From Desulfomonilia bacterium (GTDB taxonomy: Bacteria > Desulfobacterota > Desulfomonilia > UBA1062), in NCBI GenBank assembly GCA_050014195.1, contig JBEKDT010000003.1, positions 1 to 64,000 of the forward strand: DNA of 64,000 nucleotides, written 5' to 3'. The notes under the pieces are model-generated. The model was not told the DNA's origin, did not search any database, and saw only the letters and a program-made list of their open reading frames with translations. Positions 39,840 through 51,262 of this stretch are shown here, piece by piece; position 1 is the stretch's first letter, and each line of letters opens with the position of its first letter. A program made the position numbers and the translations under genes.

Positions 39840-41114
39840 TTATTCCACCCCTTTCAACGTAAAATAGAAGGTCGAGCCTTTGCCCGGCTTGGACTCCACC
39901 CATATCCTGCCCCCAAGCCGGGCAATGATACGTTTGCAGAGTGCAAGCCCTATGCCGGCGCCTTGGTATGTCTCCCCAGCATGAAGCCTCTCGAAAAGAA
40001 CAAATATCCGTTCGAAGTATTGGGGTTCGATGCCCATTCCGTTGTCTTTCACCGAGAAGACCCATTCATCCCCGATCTTACCGGCCGAGACATGGATGCG
40101 TAATGGGTCATCTCTGCGAAATTTTATGGCATTGCCTATGAGGTTCTGGAAAACCTGTACAAATTGGGAGTGGTCTGCCATCACTACGGGCAGGAAATCA
40201 TGGATAACTGATGCCCCTGAATCACTGATGGCCAAATGGAGGTTTGCCAGGGTCTCATCGATAACACTGTTCATATCTATCGGAACAGGCGCTCTTCCCA
40301 CGGAGATGACACGTGAATAGTTCAGCAGGTCTTGGATCATTCTCTGCATGCGGTTTGAGCCTTTTACAGCGAACTCAATGTAATCCCTGGCATTCTGGTC
40401 GAGCTTGTCCCCATATCGCCTGGCCAGGAGCTGGGTGAAGCTCGATACCATGCGGAGCGGCTCCTGCAGGTCGTGAGACGCCACGTCTGCGAACTGCTCG
40501 AGGTCCTTGTTGGAGCGTTCGAGCTCGGCAAGGAGCTTGATTCTCTCTTCCTCCGCCTTTTTGCGCTCGGTGATGTCGATCAAGGCAGTCTGGCACACAA
40601 TAGATCCACTCTCATCCTCCTGCACTGCGTTTGCCTTCAAAAATGCCCAGAATTGGGAGCCGTCTTTTTTAACGAACCGCAGCTCGTACTCCTGCGGTAA
40701 GCCCGTGTCAAAGAGTTTCTTGAGATGAAGGTAGTGAATGTCCTTATCATCCCTATAGATAAAACTAGTAATTTGCTGTTTGACCACAAAGCTTCTTCCT
40801 ACTCCGAGCAATTGTGTGGCAGTGAGATTCGCCTCCTTGATCGAACCCTCCTTGTCTATGGTGAGATACCCAACCGGGGCAAAGTCATAGAGATCAAAGT
40901 ACTTGGTACGGGAGATTTCCAGTTCCTCTTGCGCCCGATGCAGTTCTTCATTCTGCATCTCCAGCTCGATCTGGTGGACCTGCAATTCATGGAGCAGACG
41001 CCGGGCTTGTTCTGGAGAAATGTCGCTCTGATCGGTAGATTGTTTCTGCAACCGTTTCTCTGCTTGTTTACGAAGGTTGGCTAAACGTTTCTTTATCGTA
41101 TCTTCTTTAGTCAT
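39840..41114 (-). CDS. PAS-domain sensor histidine kinase
   Basis: HELQVHQIELEMQNEEL, ASHDLQEPLR, NLIGNAIKF, DNGMG, GIGLALCK. Confidence 0.92.
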   Translation of the reverse strand: MTKEDTIKKRLANLRKQAEKRLQKQSTDQSDISPEQARRLLHELQVHQIELEMQNEELHRAQEELEISRTKYFDLYDFAPVGYLTIDKEGSIKEANLTATQLLGVGRSFVVKQQITSFIYRDDKDIHYLHLKKLFDTGLPQEYELRFVKKDGSQFWAFLKANAVQEDESGSIVCQTALIDITERKKAEEERIKLLAELERSNKDLEQFADVASHDLQEPLRMVSSFTQLLARRYGDKLDQNARDYIEFAVKGSNRMQRMIQDLLNYSRVISVGRAPVPIDMNSVIDETLANLHLAISDSGASVIHDFLPVVMADHSQFVQVFQNLIGNAIKFRRDDPLRIHVSAGKIGDEWVFSVKDNGMGIEPQYFERIFVLFERLHAGETYQGAGIGLALCKRIIARLGGRIWVESKPGKGSTFYFTLKGVE

Positions 41115-41341
41115 CCTAATCTCTAAGGTAGTAGTATTTACACATACCCTGTCATAGTGAATCACAGGGTATAGGCGATGGATCTTTCAGATACTATATT
41201 TATAAGCATACAATCTTAAAATAGAAGTGCTGGACCTGATATACTGCAAATGTAAACATTTCCTACACGGTTTTTTGTGAGTTGGTGGTATACTTGTTTT
41301 ATGGCAAAAAAGGAGAGTTCTTATCATGGGAGTGCTTGTCA

Positions 41342-41938
41342 ATGAAAGCTAAGAGTGTTGCAAAAGACTTTCCTGTCGTTTGCGTGGGCGGTTCGGCTGG
41401 TGGCCTCGACGCCTATACCCGGTTACTACGGCATATGCCGGCCGATATGGGTGTTGCTATCGTCATCGTAAATCACCAGAGAACCGTAGCCACCATGCTC
41501 CACGAGATTCTTCCGTACTACACAAAGATGCCGGTTGAACTGATCACGGAAAGATTACTCATCGAGCCCAACCATGTGTTCATCATCCCGGAACAGCGTG
41601 ATTTGCACGTGCTTGATGGAGAGTTCCGTCTAAAGCCGATATCAAAGCCTAGAGGATGGCCCGATGTGATTACGGTTTTTCTACGTTCCCTAACTGAGCA
41701 CTGGGACGGCAAACTTATCGCTGTCATTGTCTCTGGCTATGATGGTGATGGTGCAGCAGCGCTGTGCGGCATAAAAGAAGTGGGGGGCATTACCATCGCG
41801 CAGAAGCTCGACACAGCCGGGCAGCAAGATATGCCTGAGAGCGCAATTGCAAGCGGATGTATAGATTTTGTTCTTTCACCTGAGGATATCGCTCAAGAAA
41901 TTGTACGAATTGTGCACGCGGTGTCAAGGGCGGAGTGA
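41342..41938 (+). CDS. Stand-alone CheB-type methylesterase domain protein
   Basis: GGSAGG, VNH, SGYDGDG (Ser-His-Asp); no receiver domain. Confidence 0.85.
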   Translation: MKAKSVAKDFPVVCVGGSAGGLDAYTRLLRHMPADMGVAIVIVNHQRTVATMLHEILPYYTKMPVELITERLLIEPNHVFIIPEQRDLHVLDGEFRLKPISKPRGWPDVITVFLRSLTEHWDGKLIAVIVSGYDGDGAAALCGIKEVGGITIAQKLDTAGQQDMPESAIASGCIDFVLSPEDIAQEIVRIVHAVSRAE

Positions 41939-42221
41939 ACCGGGACCACCGAGGAGAATCAGGGTCATCCAATTTTTTAATATTTGGATAGACCAGAGAT
42001 TCAATTTCATATCGGCTTTATTATGTCTAAAAACTGAAGATCGGTAGCACGCTAACCAAAGTACCGGGTAATCCTTCATTTCAAAAACAGCTTTTCCAAC
42101 GGTCTCGTTTAAGATCTATGGTATTTAGGCTACAGACTCACGGCGACGGTCCTGGCATAAAATCTACACTTTGCCCAAGATTATAATACCCGGGAGGTTA
42201 TTATACTCCATCAACAGGTGG

Positions 42222-44570
42222 TCAGGCGATGGCAAGATGCCGGAACAGCATGACCTTCACTATGTCCAAGCAGAAGGCCAGCATGATTGCCGCGCCGAAT
42301 ACGCATGCTACGATGGTTACCGGCAAAGGCGCCATCAGGATACCCTGGGTCGCGAGCGTGCTGAAAAGCATGATGTCGAGGATGGACGACGCGATCAGCC
42401 AGGAGCCGGGTCGGGAGCTCCACAAATGTCGGCGCTCGCGCGAGACATAGAAAATCGCTTGGCCACTGTATACCAGCGTAACGACCGTCAGCGTCCGCAA
42501 AGTATTGCTGTCGAGGTCGAGGGCAAAGCGCCCGACCGCGAGACTGGCGATACAGAAGACGAGATCGCAGAACCCCAGAATGATGCCGGCGATGGTGAGG
42601 TTACCGATCCGCCAGACATTGGGGATAGACGACGCCCGAACGTTGTCGGTTGCCGACGACAGGGCGAAGAAATCGCCGGCCACCATCATCAGCACCATCA
42701 GTAACGGTGTCAGCACGGCGGTTCCGGAGATGACCAGCCCAGCCAGCAAAAAGAGCACCTGGACGACCTTGTGGACAATGGACCGAAACGTGTAGGTCAG
42801 AATTCGCTGGAACGTCGTGCGTCCTTCCTGCACGGCAGCGACGATGCCGCCGAGACCGGGTTCGGTCAGTACGATGCCGGCCGCCGATTTCGCCACATCG
42901 GTAGCGGTGAAGACGGCGATGCCCATCTGCGCCTGCCGCAATGCCGGTGCGTCATTGGCGCCGTCGCCGCACATGCCGACCACATGGCCGCCACGCTGAA
43001 ATGCCTGGACGAGCGCGTACTTGTCCTCGGGCAATACGCCGGCGAAGACGCCAAATTCTTCAGCGCGGATATCGCGGGGCAGCGGCACGGTCGCGCAGAT
43101 CGGCCCGGTGATTCCGACTGCGTCTGCAACGACGCGGGCCGTCACTGGCGCATCACCCGTCACCATCACCGTACGCACGCCAAGGCCGTGCAATTGGGCG
43201 ATAAGCGCCGCCGAATCTTCGCGCGGCGGATCGCTCAGCGCGATCACTCCGGCAATGCGCAACGGCTCGGCCGACCCCACCGCGATGACGAGAACGCGGA
43301 AACCTTTGGCCTGAAGTTCTTCGACAATCGCAGCTGCAGGAGGAGACGACTCGGCAATCGCCGCTACAACTGCGAAAGCGCCTTTGACGATCCTCATTGG
43401 GTTGCCCTTGGCATCGATTGCCGCAGCCTCCGACATCTTTCGCGTGGGATCGAAAGGCGTGAAGGTGACGAGCTTCCAACGCGCTACATTTGCCGGATGG
43501 GAAGCTGCGCGGATGGCGGCGTCCAAGGAGTCGGTCCCCCCATCGGAACTCGCCAACGCCGCCATCGCCAGGATTTGTCCCTCGTCGAACCCCGGCAGCG
43601 CGTGACAGGCGGTGACCGCGAGTTCATTGCGTGTCAGCGTTCCGGTCTTGTCTGCGCAGAGAACATCCATCCCAGCCGCTTCATCGAGCGCCGAGAGGCG
43701 CGTAGGCAATACACCGCGCTGCGCCACGGCCCGTGCCCCGACCGTCGCCGCGAGCGTGAACATCGACGGCAGTGCCACCGGAATCGAAGCCAGGATAGCA
43801 ACCAACACCAACGGCGCGATCTGCACAAGCGGCATGGCCAAATGCACGGCATAGGCGATCAACAGGAGGGTCACGCCGCCATTGAACAATGCGAGGTTGC
43901 GCACCACGCGAAAAACCGCCTTCTGCTCGGTGCTTTCGATATGGGCGGTACGGATGAGTTCGGCGCTGCGCCCGAATTTTGTGCGCACACCCGTCGCGAT
44001 GATTTCGGCCACCGCCTCGCCCCGGCGGATAAGCGCGCCGGCATAGGTCTCGAAGCCGGGTCCGGCTTCGATCGGTACGGATTCGCCGGTGAGCATCGAT
44101 TGGTCAACGAGGACAGAGCCGTCGATCAATCGAACATCGGCGGGGACTACGGCACCGAGCGACAGCTTGACCACGTCGCCCTGAACCAGTTCGGCCGCCG
44201 ATAGCGTTTTCCAAACACCATCGCGCCGCGCGGATGCGGTCACAGCCAGGCGGGATTTCAGGGCATCGAGCGTCGCTTGGGCGCGGCCCTCCTGGAAGAA
44301 TCCCAAGCCAGTATTGAACACCAAGAGAAACGCGATGGCCGAAGCTTCGACATATTCGCCGAGCGCCAATTGTAGCAGGACCGCCACCTCGAGCATCCAC
44401 GGAACCGGTGCCCACAACTTCCTCAAGGCCCGATTGATTGGATGCTGGACCACATCCTGAACGGCATTCGTTCCGTAGGCCGCAAGGCGGAGCCGAGCCT
44501 CGTCGCTCGTCAATCCTGTCGAGAGCAGGGAATCCTTAACGGAAGATTGCGGAGTGATTGGGTCATCCAT
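42222..44570 (-). CDS. P-type ATPase, H+-exporting (P3A) type
   Basis: TGES, IPVALP, DKTGTLT, DPPR, TGD, GDGANDAPAL; locally high GC. Confidence 0.9.
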   Translation of the reverse strand: MDDPITPQSSVKDSLLSTGLTSDEARLRLAAYGTNAVQDVVQHPINRALRKLWAPVPWMLEVAVLLQLALGEYVEASAIAFLLVFNTGLGFFQEGRAQATLDALKSRLAVTASARRDGVWKTLSAAELVQGDVVKLSLGAVVPADVRLIDGSVLVDQSMLTGESVPIEAGPGFETYAGALIRRGEAVAEIIATGVRTKFGRSAELIRTAHIESTEQKAVFRVVRNLALFNGGVTLLLIAYAVHLAMPLVQIAPLVLVAILASIPVALPSMFTLAATVGARAVAQRGVLPTRLSALDEAAGMDVLCADKTGTLTRNELAVTACHALPGFDEGQILAMAALASSDGGTDSLDAAIRAASHPANVARWKLVTFTPFDPTRKMSEAAAIDAKGNPMRIVKGAFAVVAAIAESSPPAAAIVEELQAKGFRVLVIAVGSAEPLRIAGVIALSDPPREDSAALIAQLHGLGVRTVMVTGDAPVTARVVADAVGITGPICATVPLPRDIRAEEFGVFAGVLPEDKYALVQAFQRGGHVVGMCGDGANDAPALRQAQMGIAVFTATDVAKSAAGIVLTEPGLGGIVAAVQEGRTTFQRILTYTFRSIVHKVVQVLFLLAGLVISGTAVLTPLLMVLMMVAGDFFALSSATDNVRASSIPNVWRIGNLTIAGIILGFCDLVFCIASLAVGRFALDLDSNTLRTLTVVTLVYSGQAIFYVSRERRHLWSSRPGSWLIASSILDIMLFSTLATQGILMAPLPVTIVACVFGAAIMLAFCLDIVKVMLFRHLAIA

Positions 44571-44639
44571 AGGGTGCAGGCCTTTAAAATACGCCTTGGC
44601 AGAGCTCGTCAAATAAAATGCCATTATTCAAACATAACT

Positions 44640-44870
44640 TAGCTAGCAGCTTGCAGATAGATTTAAATCCCCGCTGATGTTTTGCATGGATCTTGGGATA
44701 TGCCATCTTAAGTTCATTAAACGCATCAAGGACAATTTGGGAAACAATCAATGGGGCATTCTCCTTATTATCGGCGGGAACGACGTACCAGAACGCATGG
44801 TAGATGCTTATCGTGTTGAGGCAAGTCTTATAAACCTTCATGTAATGCTTCAAGTAGTTCCTTTCGTCAG
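44640..44870 (-). pseudogene. Polyphosphate kinase 2 C-terminal remnant
   Basis: ERNYLKHYMKVY..WYVVPADNKENAPLIVSQIVLDAF..KMAYP. Confidence 0.65.
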
Positions 44871-45102
44871 TATGAGCCTTATTAATTAAGATGGTATTAG
44901 TGCCAATCAAGGGATGTGGACCTGAAATGTCTGACAGCCCCTTGACCCTATGGAAATCAAACTTATATCTATACACCTTAACTACCATTGCCAGTAGGCA
45001 GAAACTTCAACCATACCTGATAAAGGCATCGAGGGTACATTATCCTTCAACGCCAGGTATGAGGAGGAGCAATGAACAAATCTCGGGATACAAAAAGGCC
45101 GG

Positions 45103-45200
45103 CCAGGACCGGGTTGCGGTCCGAGTCATTCGCACGGACGAAGAACAGATGATCGTGCGCTCGGTATGCAGCGTACTCGGACTTGGCATGGCCAGTGGAA
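45103..45200 (+). pseudogene. ackA: Acetate kinase C-terminal remnant
   Basis: VRVIRTDEEQMIVRSV. Confidence 0.65.
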
Positions 45201-45432
45201 AAAGGAGTTCCGACTATGCGACGAAATACATCTCCCAACTAGATACGCTTTCGGCGAGCGGTGCCCACCCATAATCAAAAGTGGGGTTATATCCTATAGC
45301 GAAGCCGCCCCCTCCGGTGCAATATGATTGTTAGCACCAGTGCAGAACTCGGTGAAACCGATTTGTCAAACACGCTGTCGTCCGGACGCAAACAGCGAAC
45401 AAAAACGAAACGCGAGGAATGAGAGGACTACG

Positions 45433-46215
45433 ATGCTAAACAAAGGTAAAACCCTAAAGGGTTACACATTGGACAGCCTTGACGGGGAAATAGGTAAGGT
45501 CAATGAATTCTACTTTGATGACCAGTACTGGACGATTCGCTATCTGGTCGCCGACACAGGAAACTGGCTTACGGGCAGGCAGGTGCTGATTTCCCCATAT
45601 GCATTGGGCGCCGTGAGTAGAGACGAGCAACACATCGCCATCGATTTAACCAAAAAGCAGATTGAGGACAGCCCTTCCTTGAACAGTGACAAGCCCGTCT
45701 CGCGACAATTCGAGGAGTTCTACTACGGGTATTATGGATGGCCGATGTATTGGGACGGCCCATACGTTTGGGGATCTTATCCCTACATTGTGCGTGACCA
45801 TGAAAAGAGGAGAGACTACACGACAGCCTACACCCAAGCTCAGAAAGCGTGGGATCCCCATTTGCGCAGCACTTACGATGTGAGTGGCCATCACATCCAA
45901 GCCTCAGACGGAGAGATTGGCCACGTCGACGATTTTATCATCGATGATGAGACGTGGGCGATTCGTTATCTAATCATCGATACACGGAACTGGTGGCCGG
46001 GGAAAAAAGTTCTGGTTTCACCACAATGGATCGAGCACGTTAGTTGGGAGGAGTCAAAAGTCTTCATCAATCTTCACCGCGAGACCATCAAGCAGTCACC
46101 GGAATACACGGAGGAGTTTCAACTGACTCGGGATTACGAGACCGGACTACATCGACATTACAATCGCAAAGGATACTGGGTCGATGAACCGACTGCCAAG
46201 GATCATCCCTATTAG
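45433..46215 (+). CDS. Tandem PRC-barrel domain protein
   Basis: Two DGEIGxVxxFxxDDxxWxIRYLxxDTxNW units. Confidence 0.88.
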   Translation: MLNKGKTLKGYTLDSLDGEIGKVNEFYFDDQYWTIRYLVADTGNWLTGRQVLISPYALGAVSRDEQHIAIDLTKKQIEDSPSLNSDKPVSRQFEEFYYGYYGWPMYWDGPYVWGSYPYIVRDHEKRRDYTTAYTQAQKAWDPHLRSTYDVSGHHIQASDGEIGHVDDFIIDDETWAIRYLIIDTRNWWPGKKVLVSPQWIEHVSWEESKVFINLHRETIKQSPEYTEEFQLTRDYETGLHRHYNRKGYWVDEPTAKDHPY

Positions 46216-46510
46216 GCAGCGGTGCCAGCATGGCGGCCCTGAAAGACGGACTCCCCCCAGGACACCACCATGGGGTTCTCTGCCCTGGGCGGGCTCATGA
46301 TGGGCACGAGATGCGGTGATCTTGATCCGGGCATCCTGCTCTACCTCATGGACGAGAAAGGCTATGATGCCCGTCAGCTCGAAAGGCTGCTCAACCAGCG
46401 TTCAGGGCTCATCGGGGTCTCCGGGATCAGCTCCGATATGAAAACTCTTCTGGATCAACGCACAACACAACCGCATGCCGGAGAGGCAATAGAGCTGTTC
46501 TGCTATCCAG
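46216..46510 (+). pseudogene. ackA: Acetate kinase internal remnant
   Basis: GSGASMAA (frameshift) DTTMGFSALGGLMMGTRCGDLDPG..SGLIGVSGISSDM. Confidence 0.8.
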
Positions 46511-46566
46511 AAACAAGCAGGTGATTGTAGTCGCTTTCTTCAGCGTCTTTTCTTCCTTCGATCGGT

Positions 46567-49113
46567 TCATCGTTGCCAGAGGATTCGTGCGTTTTCCAGT
46601 GGGATCGTGGCGCCGTCATAGTGCGGTATCACTCGCGCCGTATAGTCGGCTGGTGGGCGGTCCGCAGACACAGCCGCACTGTACACGTAGTCGCCCGACG
46701 CGACGGCCAGTTGGCGAACGCGCTTCATCTCCTGCCGCACGGGAGCACTGCCCATGATGCCGTTGGCGTAGAGCTCTACCCGCACCGCCTCGGGGTCGAG
46801 GTCATCGAGATAGACCTGAATCTCAAATACGTGCTGCCCGCCGCGAGTCTCAACCTTCACTTCGCCGAAGTGCAGCGTGGCCCATTTCTGTTCCAGGCTG
46901 TGCTGCCAATCGACCATTTGTTTTCCGATTGCGCCTTTATCGGCAATGCGCACATGGTAGGCGGCAGCAGCAGGAAGGTAGTGTTGCTCGGTGTATTCGC
47001 GCACCGTGCGGCTGGCGGAGAAGCGCGGTGTCAACAGCGTCATGCTTTCCCGCATCCGCCTGACCCATGCGGTGGGAATGCCTCTCTCGTCTCGGGTATA
47101 AAACTCCGGAATCACCTCCCGCTCGAGCAGGTCGTAGAGCGCGTCGGCTTCAACAGCGTCCCAAACGGGATCGTCGCCATGCTCCCGGCCGTCCCCCAGC
47201 GCCCACCCCACCTCAGGGGTGTACGCCTCGGCCCACCAGCCGTCCAATTCCGAAAGGTTGATGCCTCCATTCACGAGCACCTTCATGCCGCTCGTGCCGC
47301 TGGCCTCCCAGAGCCGCCGTGGCGTGTTCAGCCAGACATCGACCCCCTGAACCAGGTGTTCGGTCAAATGCATGTCGTAGTCACTGAGGAAGATCACATG
47401 GGGGCGGGCCTCGGGTCGCTGAATGAAATGTGTCCATTCCTGAATCAGGGCCTGCCCAGCCTGGTCTGCCGGATGGGCCTTGCCGGCAATGATGAGTTGC
47501 ACCGGGCGCTGAGGATTGGCTAACAGGCGAAGCAGCCGCTCCGGGTTGTGGAGCAGCAGGTGCGGCCTCTTGTAGGTCGCGAATCGGCGCGCAAAGCCCA
47601 GTCTCAGTACACCAGGATCAAACAGATGCTTCGCTCTATCGACTACATCGGGCAACGCGCCGGAGACCGCCAGTTGCCGGGCCAGGCGCTCACGCGCGTA
47701 TTCAATGAGTGACGTGCGGGCATCGGTACGAAGCTGCCAGAGGCTGGTGTCGGAGGCACGGCGAATATCCTGCTCCAGGGTTTCCGTGGTTCTCAACCAA
47801 CATTCCTTTCCACAGGCCTTCGTCCAAAGATCCTCGGCTGCCTCCGAGTCCCAGCTCGGCATGTGAACTCCGTTGGTCACGTGTCCAACAGGCACTTCAT
47901 CCGCCGGCCAGCGGGGAAAAAGAGGTTCAAAGAGTTTCCGGCTGACTTTCCCATGCAAGCGGCTCACGCCATTGACTGCCCCGCTGCCTCGGATTGCCAG
48001 ATAGGCCATGTTGAAACTCTCCGACGAGTCGTTCGGGTTCTGGCGGCCCAGGGCAAGCAAGTCGTGGAGTGTCATGCAGAGCTTCTACTCGGCATAACCA
48101 CCGAGGTATTGTTCGATGAGAGCCGGAGTGAAACGATCGAAGCCGGAGTCCACAGCCGTGTGAGTGGTGAAGAGGTTGCCGGCGCGCGTGGCCGCCAGTG
48201 CTACTTCGAAGGGCTGCCCTGTCTTTTTCATGAAACTCCACGCTCGTTCCAACACAGCGAAGGCCGCATGCCCTTCATTCAGATGGCAGACTTCCGGCTG
48301 GATGCCGAGCATGGCAAGCAACCGCCATCCGCCGATCCCAAGTACCATCTCCTGCTTGAGGCGCAACTCCGGCCCACCCCCGTACAGCTCACTGGTAATG
48401 GCTCTGTGAACCGGGAGGTTCGATAGGTCATTGCTGTCGAGAAGGTAAAGCTTCACTCTGCCCACCTGAACCTGCCAGGCGCGAAGCCAGACGGGGTAAC
48501 CCGGCAAGTCAAGTTGCAGCCGCAACCAATCACCGTTCGATTCGCGCAACGGCGTGATCGGCAACTGTCCGGGGTCGTTATAAGGAAAGAGGGCCTGTTG
48601 CGCTCCGTCGTTGTCGATCACCTGGCGAAAATATCCTTGCTGGTAGAGCAGGCCCACGCCGACCACAGGAACGCCCAGATCACTGGCTGCTTTGAGCTGA
48701 TCACCGGCCACGTTGCCGAGCCCGCCTGAGTAGATTGGCAGCGCTTCGCTAAACATGAATTCCATGCTGAAATAAGCGACGCAGGTTAATGGAGATCGGG
48801 GGTATGTCTGGTGAAACCACGCATGAGCCTCCGTCGCCTGGCGTCTGGTTTGTACAAGAGCATCCACCTTCTTGCGGAAAGAAGGATCGGCTGACATGCG
48901 TTCGATCTGCTCCCGCGAGACGGTCTGCAACACGATCCACGGGTTTTGAGTAAGCTCCCACAATGCTGGATCAAGCTGTTGCCATACTTCATCGGCGTAA
49001 TGATTCCACGACCAGCGCATATCCAGGGCAAGCTCGGCAAGGGAATCGAACCCTTCGACTTCCGTGGGCAGTAAGCTGTATCTGGGGTGGATGACACGAA
49101 CTTGTTTACTCAT
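46567..49113 (-). pseudogene. glgP: Alpha-glucan phosphorylase interrupted by one in-frame TAG (48085-48087)
   Basis: YSGGLG, NEGH, FARRFATYKR, EASGTSGMK; both ORF halves share a frame across GAG-TAG-AAG. Confidence 0.85.
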
Positions 49114-49345
49114 GGAATCTCCTTAATCAGTTCAATCGATGATTGTTTCATTGGTATAGCAAGTAATATCTTGCCCCTCAAAGAAAGATCGCATGAACTA
49201 AAAACAAAATAAGATCAGGGAAAAGGGTGTCAAGTAGGCAGGGATTAGAAAATAACGCGCGCCGGTAATGTTTGACAACTAATTTTATTAAGATTAGCAT
49301 GAGTGGGCAAAGCTGTTGTACAGATTTCTACACCGTTATTGTCTA

Positions 49346-49459
49346 TCAAGGATTTCTTTGGGGCTGCTTATCAAGCTTGTTTTTTGACTTTTGTTTCTGT
49401 TTTTCAGCGTTCTGTTTCCGACCCTTTTCCTTATCTTTCTTGCCGCCCTTGTCTCCCAT
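49346..49459 (-). CDS. Small Lys-rich protein (37 aa) MGDKGGKKDKEKGRKQNAEKQKQKSKNKLDKQPQRNP
   Basis: AAGGAG RBS; clean short ORF downstream of the IHF gene. Confidence 0.55.
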   Translation of the reverse strand: MGDKGGKKDKEKGRKQNAEKQKQKSKNKLDKQPQRNP

Positions 49460-49549
49460 TATGTTTCTCCTTCATTATTAATTGTAATATTGCATACTTT
49501 TGAAAAACCGTTAATTCCGCTTTCAGGAAGTACATCAACCGGATGAACC

Positions 49550-49843
49550 TTATTTTTCATCACTGTCATCTAATTTTGCCCTCAAGGCAGTGGATAAGGA
49601 GAAGGTAATAGCACGCCTCGGGGAGACAGTTATTTCTTCGCCAGTCTTTGGATTACGACCTCTTCTCGCTCGCTTTTCTCTTACATGGAATTTCCCAAAA
49701 CCGGAGAAATTTACATCCTCGCACTTGCTCAGATTTGATTTGATAACCGCAAAGAAAGTTTCGACACCTTCAGATGCAGTTTTCTTATCCAGACCTGTTT
49801 TCGCGTAGATATCCTCGATAATCTCTTTTTTGGTCAGAGTCAT
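49550..49843 (-). CDS. Integration host factor alpha-like (HU/IHF family)
   Basis: MTLTKKEI..SGFGKFHVREKRARRGRNPKTGEEI..RRAITF. Confidence 0.9.
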   Translation of the reverse strand: MTLTKKEIIEDIYAKTGLDKKTASEGVETFFAVIKSNLSKCEDVNFSGFGKFHVREKRARRGRNPKTGEEITVSPRRAITFSLSTALRAKLDDSDEK

Positions 49844-50136
49844 ACGGTCTCCTTTTAAGAATGAAATTCTCACTGTGTCTATCAGGAATATACCATGTCT
49901 CTATATTTATGGCTATATTTTCAATATGTAAGATAACATTCCATAGGTCATCTTAAAAAAAGCACCGCTGTTCGTTTTTTTGTTATTAATCAACTAAGCA
50001 TGAAAGGCTAATTTCGGAGGGTTGTGAAGAGTCTATGTATGGTTAATGGAGGGTTGTGTTTTAAATGAAAGAACCGTTGTCTGGCCAATACCTAAACCAC
50101 CTCCGGTGACGATAGCTACTCTATCTTTAAACTATC

Positions 50137-50742
50137 TCATGGGTAGCTCTGACCTGTAGGGCGGATCATAATTTCGTTAACGTTGACATGCGGCGGCAAT
50201 GTGAGCAGCCAATGAATACCGTCGGCAATGGCCTTGGGCTCAAGTAGTTTGCCGAATTGGGCTATACCTTTCCCGAAATTCTCTTCGTTGTAGCCGGCCA
50301 CTTCCTGGAATTCACTGAGAACAATCCCGGGCATGACTATGGAAACACGCACACCATGCTGACATACTTCACGGCGAAAACCTTCTGCAATGGCTCCAAT
50401 GGCGAATTTGGTCGAACCGTAAAACCCGCTGAAGGGAGAGACATTCCTTCCAGCAACCGAACCTAAAACGACGATGTCATACTTGTGTCCACCATCATCC
50501 CAGTCCAAAGTGCTATCCAGAAGCAGATCGATTTCAGATTGATTACTTGCATCACCTGCCACAACAAGGGCCTTGCCACCCAAGGCCGCGATCTCTAAAG
50601 CCAGTTCGTCCAGTCTGTCCTGACGCCGGGCATGCATCACAACCGATGCACCTGCCTTTGCCAGAGTCAGGGCTGTTGCACGCCCAATACCGGAACTGGC
50701 CCCGGTTATGATGGCCGTCTTTTGTGCAAGAAGGTTTTCCAT
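50137..50742 (-). pseudogene. SDR oxidoreductase paralogue of 4159-4917 with a 51-codon in-frame deletion
   Basis: Near-identical protein, but YDIV jumps to VLGSVAG; the NAG region is lost. Confidence 0.8.
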
Positions 50743-51262
50743 TATTGGGTCTCCTTTCTCAAAATCATCAATTAATATAGAATTGCCGTTCGTTTTTCTG
50801 TAAGTCAACCCAACCCAATACCTCCTCACTCTATATATATTAATTCCTGAAGACCAACCATATCTTGAATTCACTCAGAGAAGAGGGACCACCATGTACA
50901 AGTATTAGTAGTGTGGGGTCACCCAATTAAAATACTTAAATCATAGCTTTTGTGCCAAGGCCAATAGATATTCCAGAGCATAGATTTATTTTGATAATCA
51001 TCGAAAAAGAGGAGCACGGAAAAGTGAAGATTACATACCATATGACACGCACTGGTATGACGTGAGGGGCTTCGTAGGTTTCAACGCAAGATCATCAGTT
51101 TTCAGGTATTTCAAAACCAAGATGAAATCGTAGAAATCACCCATGGACGGGTCTTCCAGCTCGAGCAATGAAAGATTATTATACGGTTATACATCATTCC
51201 CTTTACCTAAACTGTTGGAGATCCCTTGAGGCGGGAGTCATTCCAATAGTAGGAGAACTAAA

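Noticed and set aside
42771-44204. 477-aa + strand ORF and similar long antisense ORFs in GC-rich genes
   Set aside because: Shadow frames opposite well-supported genes, with no recognisable motifs.
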